Shown one piece after another: positions 9,994 to 18,589 of a stretch of DNA of 64,000 nt. Both the position numbers and the translations under genes were made by a program. Under the pieces are notes generated by a model. That model was not told the origin of the DNA. It made no database searches and saw only the letters and a program-made list of their open reading frames with translations. Origin of the DNA: an uncultured Treponemataceae bacterium (GTDB lineage Bacteria > Spirochaetota > Spirochaetia > Treponematales > Treponemataceae); NCBI GenBank assembly GCA_964369735.1, contig CAYJFX010000001.1, positions 346 to 64,345 of the forward strand, written 5' to 3'. The stretch's first letter is position 1. The number at the start of each line of letters is the position of its first letter.

Positions 9994-10770
9994 TTATTTT
10001 CTTACAATAATAACTTGTTCTGATTCATAGTAAGGAACAGAAAAGTCAACGTTTTTCTTTCTTTCTTCAGTTACAGACATACCTGCTGCAACAAAATCAA
10101 TTACACCTGAATCTACGGCTGCAATAAGACTTTCAAAAGCCATATCTACAACTTCTAATGGTTGCCCTAAATCATTTGCAATGTATTGACCCATAGTAAT
10201 GTCAAAACCTACTACCTCGGTACCCTCAACATATTCAAACGGAGCAAAGGCGGCGTTTGTTCCAAGTTTTACTGGAGAACCACTTCCTGTCATTTCTACA
10301 GAAGGAATTACAATGTTTCCATCTGTAGGCATAAATGAAAGCACTAATGCTTCATAGCCACCATTTGCTTTTAATTCTTCAATAGTTGCATTGATTGAGT
10401 TAAGAAGTGCTGTGTTGCCTTTTTTAACTGCAATAGCATATTCTTCTCGTGCAAATTGATCTGTAACAATCATTAAATCATCGTTTCTTGCAACAATTTC
10501 TCTTGCAGGAAGCTCATCTAATACAACTGCATCAATTGCACCATTTTTTAAGTCTAATGCGGCATCTATTCCTGATTTAAAAGAAGCAATTTCTGCCCCT
10601 TCTACATTTTCTTGAACCCAAGCTTCACCGGTTGTTCCACCTTGAACACCAATTTTTTTACCTGCTAAATCTGCAGCACCGTTAATTACAACTTCATCGC
10701 TTGACCCACCAGCAAATACAAAAGCACTTGCAAGTAAAAGTACAATTAAAACGCTTAATACTTTTTTCAC
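9994..10770 (-). CDS. Amino-acid ABC substrate-binding protein (type 2 PBP), circularly permuted
   Basis: I placed the start at the GTG at 10770, which has AGGAGA 7 nt upstream and gives a signal peptide VKKVLSVLIVLLLASAFVFA. The usual C-terminal half (DLAGKKIGVQGGTTGE...EEYAIAVKKGN...) comes first. The usual N-terminal half (VKLGTNAAFAPFEY...GFDI...AAGMSVTEERKKNVDFSVPYY) comes last. Confidence 0.85.
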   Translation of the reverse strand: MKKVLSVLIVLLLASAFVFAGGSSDEVVINGAADLAGKKIGVQGGTTGEAWVQENVEGAEIASFKSGIDAALDLKNGAIDAVVLDELPAREIVARNDDLMIVTDQFAREEYAIAVKKGNTALLNSINATIEELKANGGYEALVLSFMPTDGNIVIPSVEMTGSGSPVKLGTNAAFAPFEYVEGTEVVGFDITMGQYIANDLGQPLEVVDMAFESLIAAVDSGVIDFVAAGMSVTEERKKNVDFSVPYYESEQVIIVRK

Positions 10771-10798
10771 GTTATTTCTCCTAAATTTTATTTTTCTT

Positions 10799-10827
10799 AT
10801 TATACTAATACTTATATAAATTGTCAA
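10799..10827 (-). promoter_or_regulatory. Consensus sigma70-type promoter for the ABC operon
   Basis: The minus strand reads TTGACA-17 nt-TATAAT, about 25 nt upstream of the SBP start. Confidence 0.65.
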
Positions 10828-10828
10828 T

Positions 10829-10860
10829 AAAATTTTGCATAAAAATACAAAATTTTGCAT
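10829..10860 (-). repeat. Two direct copies of a 12-mer just upstream of the -35 element
   Basis: AAAATTTTGCAT on the plus strand at 10829-10840 and 10849-10860 (ATGCAAAATTTT on the minus strand), 20 bp start to start. Confidence 0.6.
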
Positions 10861-10901
10861 ATTTATACAAAACAGCTGTGTTTACTTTTTTGATAATGTA
10901 T

Positions 10902-11399
10902 CTATTTTCTTGTATGCAGAGCTTCTACTACGGTAATCTTGCCCGCGGTTAAAACATATACCACAGCTCCCTCAAAAGTAGTACTTTGCACACTTTCGGC
11001 AAAATAATCGTTTTCATGCGAACCTTGTTCTGCCATGTCATCATATGAAATATCGCTTCCCATCATACTATCCCTTAGTAGATGCCCAGAAAGCTTTAGT
11101 ACATCTGCAGCCTCGGGAATATAAATCCACTTGTCACTTTCAATCTTTAAGTACCGTGTCCCCGCATCTTGGGCATTTGTGTATTCCATAAAAGAGGCAT
11201 TTTTTTCATCTTGTAAATAGCCGAAAAACTCTTTTGTTAGTGTTCGTCCTCGAGAGTGTATTTCCATTTCAGCTTTAAAAGTCATGGTAGAAAAATCACG
11301 CCCTTGGGCATTCACTTCTTTAAAAATACTTTGTGCATTTTGTGAAAAAGCCCCTCCAATTACGCTAATAAAAAAAACAACGAATAATATCTTCTTCAT
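10902..11399 (-). CDS. LolA-like outer-membrane lipoprotein-sorting family protein, apparently C-terminally short
   Basis: Signal peptide followed by family-like motifs (KWIYIPEA..LKLSG, MGSDISYDDM). It is only 165 aa, whereas I recall about 240-260 aa for this family. Confidence 0.6.
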   Translation of the reverse strand: MKKILFVVFFISVIGGAFSQNAQSIFKEVNAQGRDFSTMTFKAEMEIHSRGRTLTKEFFGYLQDEKNASFMEYTNAQDAGTRYLKIESDKWIYIPEAADVLKLSGHLLRDSMMGSDISYDDMAEQGSHENDYFAESVQSTTFEGAVVYVLTAGKITVVEALHTRK

Positions 11400-11577
11400 A
11401 ATTGTAGTGTACCGAAGTTTTTTTTAAGCACAAGTGTCTGAGTGTCAAATCCCGTGAAAAAACAAACATATGTCTTATTTTTGTTTTTTTTGCTTTTTGA
11501 GGTAGCCAAAAAGCCTATATCGTGTTATCCTTTTAATTAGGATAGCTTTTTTCATAAGCGTTTAGCTTGGAGTTGGT

Positions 11578-12633
11578 ATGGAATCAAACGAAAGTGTAGA
11601 TTTAGGTAAAAAAGTTTTTTTTCTCAACCCCCCTTTTGATTTTAAGAAAATTATCGTCCCTGTGTTATCTGATAAAGAATATGAAGTATGCGTTATAAAC
11701 TCTTATAAGCATGCAAAAGCAATTCTCCGTGCCCACAAAGACTCTGTATGCTTTGTCTGTATTGATGGTGAAATGCCCATCGACCATTGGTACAATTTTA
11801 TTGTTTCATTTAACGATGATGAGACCTTGTCAACAATCTTCCTAGGAGTAATGTCGGCTCATGCTAGAACGAGCGATAAAAATCACTTTTTACTAAATGC
11901 CTCCATTCCTGCTGGCTTTATTTCTCTTGTTGCGAAGAAAGATGATTTAATTTCCACTATAGAAGGAATTTTGAGAATAAATAATGCAAAAGGCGTTAGA
12001 AAGTATGTAAGGGTAGACTGTGGCTCTGACAAGCTTATTTCTGCACAGTGCATCCTCGCAGGCAGCCAGCATATCTTTCGCATTGAAAACATTAGTTCTG
12101 CAGGGCTTCTTTGTACCGCCCCTACAAATCTTGCCCCCGCAGTTACTGCTAACATGTTATTAAAAGACTTTTTACTCAATTTACGCTCTCAAAAAATACG
12201 ATGCAATACCGTTGTTTTAAAATCTTTTATAAATAATGGCAAACTGTTTATTGTACTTTTATTTACAAAAGGATTACCCTTTAATGCGAAGGCCTCCATT
12301 CAAGCATATATTAGGTTTTTCTTGCAAAACACTATTGAAACAGTTTTAGCAACAACACACCCCGATCAAACAGACTATTCAAAATTACACGAAGCAGCAA
12401 TTGCATCAAACATGAAAGAAGCTTTTCTTATCTCTGTTGATGAAGAAGAAGTTTTATACGCAGAGGATGAGAGCGCTGTTACCTATGCTGACGAGGGAGA
12501 AGAGCACAATATCTCCTCTGTTTCTTCGGCTCTTTTTAGCAATGATGACGAAGAACAATTTTTAAATCAAATGAAATTTTTAGAGGAGAATGACATCGAA
12601 GGAGATGTTCAACTCATTGATGATACAAAATAG
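11578..12633 (+). CDS. PilZ-domain protein with a receiver-like N-terminus and acidic tail
   Basis: PilZ-like elements RKYVRV ... ENISSAGLL (D/NxSxxG) in the middle. The last ~70 aa are rich in D/E. Confidence 0.65.
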   Translation: MESNESVDLGKKVFFLNPPFDFKKIIVPVLSDKEYEVCVINSYKHAKAILRAHKDSVCFVCIDGEMPIDHWYNFIVSFNDDETLSTIFLGVMSAHARTSDKNHFLLNASIPAGFISLVAKKDDLISTIEGILRINNAKGVRKYVRVDCGSDKLISAQCILAGSQHIFRIENISSAGLLCTAPTNLAPAVTANMLLKDFLLNLRSQKIRCNTVVLKSFINNGKLFIVLLFTKGLPFNAKASIQAYIRFFLQNTIETVLATTHPDQTDYSKLHEAAIASNMKEAFLISVDEEEVLYAEDESAVTYADEGEEHNISSVSSALFSNDDEEQFLNQMKFLEENDIEGDVQLIDDTK

Positions 12634-12637
12634 CAAG

Positions 12638-13372
12638 TTATTTGCCCAGTAAATCTCTTACAACCTCTCCTGCTATTAGAAGGCCTGCAACTGACGGCAC
12701 AAACGAGATGCTTGCTGGCGGATTACATTTTATGGGCTCCTCCTTTGAAAATAAAACCTTTACTTTTTTTATGTGGCGAGCCTTTAACTCCCGTCGCATA
12801 ACCCTCGCAAGAGGACAAACACTTGTCTTTTCTATTGTGGTTATTTCAAAAAGAGAAGGATTGAGCTTATTTCCCGTTCCCATAGAGCTAATAATTGGCA
12901 CATCAAAATGCTTTGCTTTTTCAATTAGCAATAATTTTGCACTTACTGTATCTATTGCATCTACAATGTAGTCGCATGTAGAAATTTCCTCATCTAATTG
13001 TCCTGCTGTTTTTAAATCATAAAAAACAGGATATTCTTTTATGCTAACTTTTGGTTGTATATCCAATATTCTTTTTTTTGCGCACTCTGTTTTAAACATC
13101 CCAATTGTCGAGTGTAATGCAAAAAGCTGCCGATTTAAGTTACTGGGGACTATAGTGTCATTGTCCACTATAACGAAAGCACCAACCCCCACTCTAGCTA
13201 GAGCTTCTACAACAAAAGAGCCAACTCCTCCTAGTCCAAAGACGGCAATCTTTTTTGAGCTCAACTCTTTTACTTTTGTAATGCCTAGAAGTTTTTCTGT
13301 CCTGCTAAACTGATCCTCTGTTGTTGCAATCGGTGTATTATCTTGTATTGTAATGGTTTCTCTGTTTTTCAT
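12638..13372 (-). CDS. tcdA: tRNA threonylcarbamoyladenosine dehydratase (ThiF/MoeB-like E1 fold)
   Basis: FGLGGVGSFVVEALARVGVG..IVDNDTIVPSNLNRQ nucleotide-binding motif. The 244-aa size is typical of TcdA/CsdL. Confidence 0.85.
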   Translation of the reverse strand: MKNRETITIQDNTPIATTEDQFSRTEKLLGITKVKELSSKKIAVFGLGGVGSFVVEALARVGVGAFVIVDNDTIVPSNLNRQLFALHSTIGMFKTECAKKRILDIQPKVSIKEYPVFYDLKTAGQLDEEISTCDYIVDAIDTVSAKLLLIEKAKHFDVPIISSMGTGNKLNPSLFEITTIEKTSVCPLARVMRRELKARHIKKVKVLFSKEEPIKCNPPASISFVPSVAGLLIAGEVVRDLLGK

Positions 13373-13414
13373 AGTTGCTAGCCTTAATTAAAAAAATAAA
13401 ATTTATATTTTCCT

Positions 13415-13434
13415 TGTGGAAAACTTGTGTAAAA
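13415..13434 (-). promoter_or_regulatory. Tandem pair of DnaA-box-like 9-mers
   Basis: TGTGGAAAA (13415-13423) and TGTGTAAAA (13426-13434). Their complements TTTTCCACA and TTTTACACA both fit TTWTNCACA. Spacing is 11 bp. Confidence 0.5.
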
Positions 13435-13590
13435 CATCTTAATGGTTTGCTGCTCGTTTGCATATTTAATATGATTTCATCTCTCCATCCTGTTTATAGA
13501 AAAAAAATCTCTTTTTCTTCTATAAATTAAAATACAATCATAGTATAATAAATCAATTTTTTTTAAGTCATTTTAAAAAAATTTTATGAT

Positions 13591-13639
13591 TTTTGCACCA
13601 AACCTTCTAAAATCCAACAGAAATGTCTAATTTTGCACA
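13591..13639 (+). promoter_or_regulatory. Two further DnaA-box-like 9-mers in the opposite orientation
   Basis: TTTTGCACC at 13591-13599 has one mismatch. TTTTGCACA at 13631-13639 is a perfect fit to TTWTNCACA. Both sit inside a longer repeat, TTTTGCAC[C/A]AAACC. Confidence 0.45.
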
Positions 13640-13836
13640 AAACCAAGGTTTTTTTGCTTGTTTTTTAGGTTATTAATAAAAAAAACCTTCCCCTTTTTTA
13701 AAAAGAAAAGGACACTCAAAAAACAGCATTTCGAAAAAAGGCTTATTTTTCTTTTTTTATAAAAGGAATACCTAAACATAAGTATAGCAAAAAAATAAAT
13801 ATTCTTCCAGTACCTCCAAATCACCTCCTCCCGCTC

Positions 13837-13856
13837 TGTGGAAAACTTGTGGAAAA
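13837..13856 (-). promoter_or_regulatory. Tandem pair of DnaA-box-like 9-mers, overlapping a possible glgX -35 element
   Basis: TGTGGAAAA at 13837-13845 and at 13848-13856, 11 bp apart. TTGTGG (13847-13852), a 17-nt spacer and TATAAA (13870-13875) could form a glgX promoter. Confidence 0.5.
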
Positions 13857-13915
13857 AATAAAACAGCTCTATAAAAGGTGTAACTTTTTTTATCTTTCTA
13901 TGTTATACTATTGTA

Positions 13916-16057
13916 ATGGCTACATTTAAAATTTCTTGTGGAACACCTATGCCCTATGGTTCAAGCATAAAGAACGGTGGTGTCAATTTTAGTATTTTTT
14001 CTCGAAACGGGACTTCCGTGAAAATTTTGCTATTTGAAAAAGAAGAAGATACCGTACCCTTTTTTTCGTATACGCTTGACCCTATAGTAAATAGAACTGG
14101 TGATGTTTGGCACATCCATATTGAAGGGGCAAAAGCTGGCACTCTTTATGTATATTCTGTCGAGGGGCCTTTTGCTCCTGAAAAAGGCCATCGGTTTAAC
14201 AAAGACTCCTTTCTTTTAGATCCTTATGCTAAGGCAATAACCTGCTCTTCCCTATTTAAATATATCCAAAGCAAAGAAGCTGTTTCGCCAGCGAAAGCAA
14301 GCCTTTTGAAAAAGGCTACTGAAAAAGAAGCGTTTCCGAAGGGAGTTGTTATTGACGACACAGAATTTAACTGGCAAGGTGATAAACCGCTCAACTACCC
14401 CCTTCGAAAAAGTATTCTTTATGAAACACATTTAAAGGGCTTTACCCAAAGCCCTTCGTCTGGCGTAAAAAACAAGGGAACCTATAAAGGTCTTATAGAA
14501 AAAATTCCATATTTTAAAGAGCTTGGTATAACAAGCATAGAGTTATTGCCCATCCAAGAATTTGATGAACATGAAAACTCAAACTCAAATCCTAAAACAG
14601 GAAAGGCTCTAACAAACTACTGGGGATACAGCACCATGTCCTTTTTTGCACCAAAAGCGTCTTATGCCTCTAATAAAAATCCAGGCCAGTGCGTTAATGA
14701 GTTTAAGGAAATGGTTAGAGAAATGCACAAAAATGGTCTTGAAGTTATCCTTGATATTGTTTTTAACCATACGGCAGAAGGGAATGAGAATGGCCCCACC
14801 ATTAATTTTAAAGGGTTTGATAATTCCATATATTATATGCTTGAGGATAACCAAAAGCAATACTATAAAAATTATTCTGGCTGTGGAAACACGCTAAACT
14901 GCAACCACCCTGTTGTAAGAACATTTATAATTGACTGTTTACGATACTGGGTATGTGAAATGCATGTCGATGGATTCCGCTTTGACTTAGGTTCAATTTT
15001 AGGACGGGACCAACATGGAAACCTTATGGAAAACCCTCCAATGTTAGAAAGAATAGCTGAAGAGCCAGTTTTACGAAACACAAAAATTATTGCAGAAGCA
15101 TGGGATGCGGGAGGAGCATATCAAGTTGGTTGGTTCCCCGGAGGACGCTGGGCAGAATGGAATGACCGCTACAGGGATGATATTCGATCTTTTTGGAGAG
15201 GGGATGCAAATTACACAAGCAGTGCAGCGACTAGACTTTCTGGAAGCTCTGATTTATACTTGCGTGATGGCAGAAAACCTTTTCACTCAATTAACTTTTT
15301 AACAAGTCACGACGGGTTTACTCTAAACGACTTAGTCAGCTATAACACAAAGCACAACGAAGAAAATGGTGAAGAGAACAGAGATGGGTCAGATCACAAC
15401 ATTAGTAGTAATTATGGGTATGAAGGCCCCACAGAAAACAAAGACATAGAAGCTCATCGCATGCAGCAAATAAAAAACTTTCTCTTAACTCTTTTTTTAT
15501 CGCAAGGAACCCCCATGCTCCTTGCTGGAGATGAATTTCGAAATACTCAAAACGGCAACAACAACTCCTACTGCCAAGACAATGAAATTTCTTGGATTGA
15601 TTGGACAAAAAAGGATCGCTACTCTGAGATTTTTCTTTTTGCACGGAAAGCCATTGCCTTTCGTTTGCATCATCCAGCTTTTTGTCGACCAGAGTTTTTT
15701 GTAGGCCAAGACCTTTCTTATAACAGCCTTCTTGATATAACCTGGTTTGGAGAAAATGGAGATATCATTGACTGGTCAAAGGAAAACAGAATACTTGCCT
15801 GCCGCATGGATGGTAGCCGAGCAGAAATATTTAGCGACCGAGACGACAACGACTTTTATCTTATGTTAAATTCTTCAAAAGAGGATATCCCGGTAAGAAT
15901 TTGCCAGCCTACATCTGAAAAAAAATGGTTTAGGGCTATAGACACTTCTTTCCCTACGCCAAAAGATTTTCTAAGCCCTGGCGAAGAAGATGTTGTAAAT
16001 TCGAATGAAGCTTACATGCTGCGATCCCATAGCATGGTTGTTTTATTGAGTAAATAA
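13916..16057 (+). CDS. glgX: Glycogen debranching enzyme (GH13)
   Basis: GH13 conserved regions DIVFNHT, GFRFDLGS, EAWD and FLTSHDGFTL, with an N-terminal CBM48-like segment. Confidence 0.92.
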   Translation: MATFKISCGTPMPYGSSIKNGGVNFSIFSRNGTSVKILLFEKEEDTVPFFSYTLDPIVNRTGDVWHIHIEGAKAGTLYVYSVEGPFAPEKGHRFNKDSFLLDPYAKAITCSSLFKYIQSKEAVSPAKASLLKKATEKEAFPKGVVIDDTEFNWQGDKPLNYPLRKSILYETHLKGFTQSPSSGVKNKGTYKGLIEKIPYFKELGITSIELLPIQEFDEHENSNSNPKTGKALTNYWGYSTMSFFAPKASYASNKNPGQCVNEFKEMVREMHKNGLEVILDIVFNHTAEGNENGPTINFKGFDNSIYYMLEDNQKQYYKNYSGCGNTLNCNHPVVRTFIIDCLRYWVCEMHVDGFRFDLGSILGRDQHGNLMENPPMLERIAEEPVLRNTKIIAEAWDAGGAYQVGWFPGGRWAEWNDRYRDDIRSFWRGDANYTSSAATRLSGSSDLYLRDGRKPFHSINFLTSHDGFTLNDLVSYNTKHNEENGEENRDGSDHNISSNYGYEGPTENKDIEAHRMQQIKNFLLTLFLSQGTPMLLAGDEFRNTQNGNNNSYCQDNEISWIDWTKKDRYSEIFLFARKAIAFRLHHPAFCRPEFFVGQDLSYNSLLDITWFGENGDIIDWSKENRILACRMDGSRAEIFSDRDDNDFYLMLNSSKEDIPVRICQPTSEKKWFRAIDTSFPTPKDFLSPGEEDVVNSNEAYMLRSHSMVVLLSK

Positions 16058-16106
16058 GCTTGTTTTTATATATATTTTGGTGTATAGTATAGAATGAGGA
16101 GTAACT

Positions 16107-18551
16107 ATGGTTTTTGATTCTAATATGTTTAAAGAACGAATTAAAGCTCGCCTAAAGCGACAATATGGCAAAGAAATTGATACCGCAACAATCAGGCAGA
16201 TATATGATGCGAGCGCTGCTTCTATCCAAGAAATGACAATGGACAACTGGATGAAAACTCGAAGCGCACATGAAAAAAAAGATGTTCGCTCAGTTTATTA
16301 TTTTTCTGCAGAATTTTTAATGGGTCGAGCTTTGGGAAATAACCTCATCAACACATTATTAAAAGACAATGTAATTTCAGCTTTGCAAGAACTTGGGATT
16401 GATTATAATATTATTGAAGACCACGAACCAGATGCAGCTCTTGGAAATGGAGGGCTTGGTCGGCTTGCTGCATGTTTCTTAGATTCTCTTTCTACTTTAA
16501 ACTATCCTGCTTATGGCTATGGAATTAGATATGAATATGGAATGTTTGAGCAGCACATTGAAAATGGGTTTCAAGTTGAATACCCCGATAACTGGCTTCG
16601 CCATAGAGATCCTTGGCAAATAAAGCGAAGTGATTTGTCTGTTCAAGTAAAACTTGGTGGCCGTGTTGAAGTTCAAAAAGACTCAGCTGGTGAAAACAAA
16701 TTTTCAGTAGAGGATGCAGAAATAATAACAGCCGTTCCATATGATACACCAATAGTTGGGTATGACACAAATACCATAAACACACTACGTCTATGGAGAG
16801 CAACATCACCAAATGGCTTTGATCTTCAACTTTTTAATGACATGCACTATAATCGCGCGGTTGAAAGAAAGAATGCAGCTGAAAACATATCGAGAGTGCT
16901 TTATCCAAATGACTCTGGCTCATCTGGAAAAACGTTGCGTTTAAAACAACAATATTTTTTCTGTTCTGCAAGCTTACAAGACCTTGTTCGAAAGTATACT
17001 TGCTCATATGGTACAGATTTTTCACACTTTTCAAAGTATCATGTGATTCAGCTAAATGACACTCACCCAGTTGTTGCAATTCCTGAATTAATGAGAATAT
17101 TAATGGATGATTACTCTATAGGATGGGATGAGTCTTGGAAAATTGTTACAGAAACATTTGCCTACACAAATCACACTATCTTAGCAGAAGCCTTAGAAAA
17201 GTGGCCTATAGATATTTTCCAAGCCCTTCTTCCGCGCATATATCAAATTATTGATGAGATAAACAGGCGCTTTACATTACTCTTGGTTGAAAAATTTCCA
17301 AACAATTATGCATGCCACAACCGCATGAGCATTATTGCCAATGGAATGATTCACATGGCATGGCTTGCAATACACACCTGCTTTAGTGTAAATGGCGTTG
17401 CCGCCTTGCATACGCAAATCCTTATAGATAGCGAGCTCAAGGACTGGGCTGAATTATACCCGAATAAATTTAACAATAAAACAAATGGCGTTACGCAAAG
17501 ACGATGGCTTTTAAGCGCAAACCCTCTTTTGTCAGATTTTATAACAAAGCGAATCGGCAATGGGTGGCAAAAAGATTTTTCATTGTTAAAAGGATTAGAA
17601 AAATATGCAGAAGATGAAGCATCTTTAAATGAATTAATGGATATCAAAAAAACAAACAAAAAAGCCTTTGCAAAATGGCTCATGGAAACACAAAATGAGT
17701 TTGTAGACCCAGATTCAATTTTTGATACCCAAATAAAGCGTCTCCATGAATATAAAAGACAACTTTTAAATATACTTCACATTATCTATTTATATAATAA
17801 AATAAGAGAGAACCCTGACTACAACCCTCCTGCGCGCACCTTCCTTTTTGGTGCGAAGGCAGCCTCTGGGTATCGCAGAGCTAAATCAATAATTAAGCTT
17901 ATAACTTCTATAGCCGATAAAATAAACAAAGACCCTCTTGTTAGGGGAAAGCTTCGAGTTGTCTTTATTCCAAATTATAGAGTAACTGCAGCTGAAAAAA
18001 TATTCCCCGCCTCAGATGTATCAGAGCAAATTTCAACTGCAGGAAAAGAAGCTTCTGGAACAGGGAATATGAAGTTTATGATAAATGGAGCTCTAACACT
18101 TGGAACACTAGATGGAGCAAATATTGAAATTGTTGAAGAGGCAGGTGAAGAGAATGCCTTTATATTTGGTTTAACTGCTCACGAAATTGCAACTATCGAA
18201 AAGGAACATAGTTATAACCCTCAACAATACATTCAAAGAAGCCCAGAACTAGCAAAGGTTTTGAATCAGCTTATTGATGGGACATTTGATTCGTCTGAAG
18301 GGTTGTTTAGAGAATTATATGATTCGTTGGTATATGGTGTTGAGGGCCAACGCCCTGATGTTTACTATGTGTTAGCTGACTTTGATGAATATTGTAATGC
18401 ACAAGAGAAAGTTTCAGAAGCATATATTGATAGGCTAGGCTGGGCAAAGAAAGTATTATTAAACATAGCCCGCTCAGGCAAGTTTTCATCAGACAGAACC
18501 ATTGAAGATTACGTAACAGATATTTGGAAATTAAATAAAATTGAAGTATAA
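16107..18551 (+). CDS. glgP: Glycogen/maltodextrin phosphorylase (GT35)
   Basis: PLP-site block EASGTGNMKFMINGALTLGTLDGANIEI and the 814-aa length. Confidence 0.95.
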   Translation: MVFDSNMFKERIKARLKRQYGKEIDTATIRQIYDASAASIQEMTMDNWMKTRSAHEKKDVRSVYYFSAEFLMGRALGNNLINTLLKDNVISALQELGIDYNIIEDHEPDAALGNGGLGRLAACFLDSLSTLNYPAYGYGIRYEYGMFEQHIENGFQVEYPDNWLRHRDPWQIKRSDLSVQVKLGGRVEVQKDSAGENKFSVEDAEIITAVPYDTPIVGYDTNTINTLRLWRATSPNGFDLQLFNDMHYNRAVERKNAAENISRVLYPNDSGSSGKTLRLKQQYFFCSASLQDLVRKYTCSYGTDFSHFSKYHVIQLNDTHPVVAIPELMRILMDDYSIGWDESWKIVTETFAYTNHTILAEALEKWPIDIFQALLPRIYQIIDEINRRFTLLLVEKFPNNYACHNRMSIIANGMIHMAWLAIHTCFSVNGVAALHTQILIDSELKDWAELYPNKFNNKTNGVTQRRWLLSANPLLSDFITKRIGNGWQKDFSLLKGLEKYAEDEASLNELMDIKKTNKKAFAKWLMETQNEFVDPDSIFDTQIKRLHEYKRQLLNILHIIYLYNKIRENPDYNPPARTFLFGAKAASGYRRAKSIIKLITSIADKINKDPLVRGKLRVVFIPNYRVTAAEKIFPASDVSEQISTAGKEASGTGNMKFMINGALTLGTLDGANIEIVEEAGEENAFIFGLTAHEIATIEKEHSYNPQQYIQRSPELAKVLNQLIDGTFDSSEGLFRELYDSLVYGVEGQRPDVYYVLADFDEYCNAQEKVSEAYIDRLGWAKKVLLNIARSGKFSSDRTIEDYVTDIWKLNKIEV

Positions 18552-18589
18552 TAAAATATGCGCCTTAAGCGCAATGTAGGAGAAAAAAA

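Noticed and set aside
13627-13824. A 65-aa minus-strand ORF inside the AT-rich tcdA-glgX gap
   Set aside because: The translation is a K/F/N-rich product of A/T homopolymer runs. There is no RBS and no plausible fold.
13373-13915. Reading the two 22-bp direct repeats as the ends of a small inserted mobile element (MITE or att sites)
   Set aside because: There are no terminal inverted repeats and no integrase or transposase. The enclosed ~420 bp is featureless AT-rich DNA. The repeats are better explained as paired protein-binding sites. The idea is kept only as a minor alternative within the DnaA-box finding.
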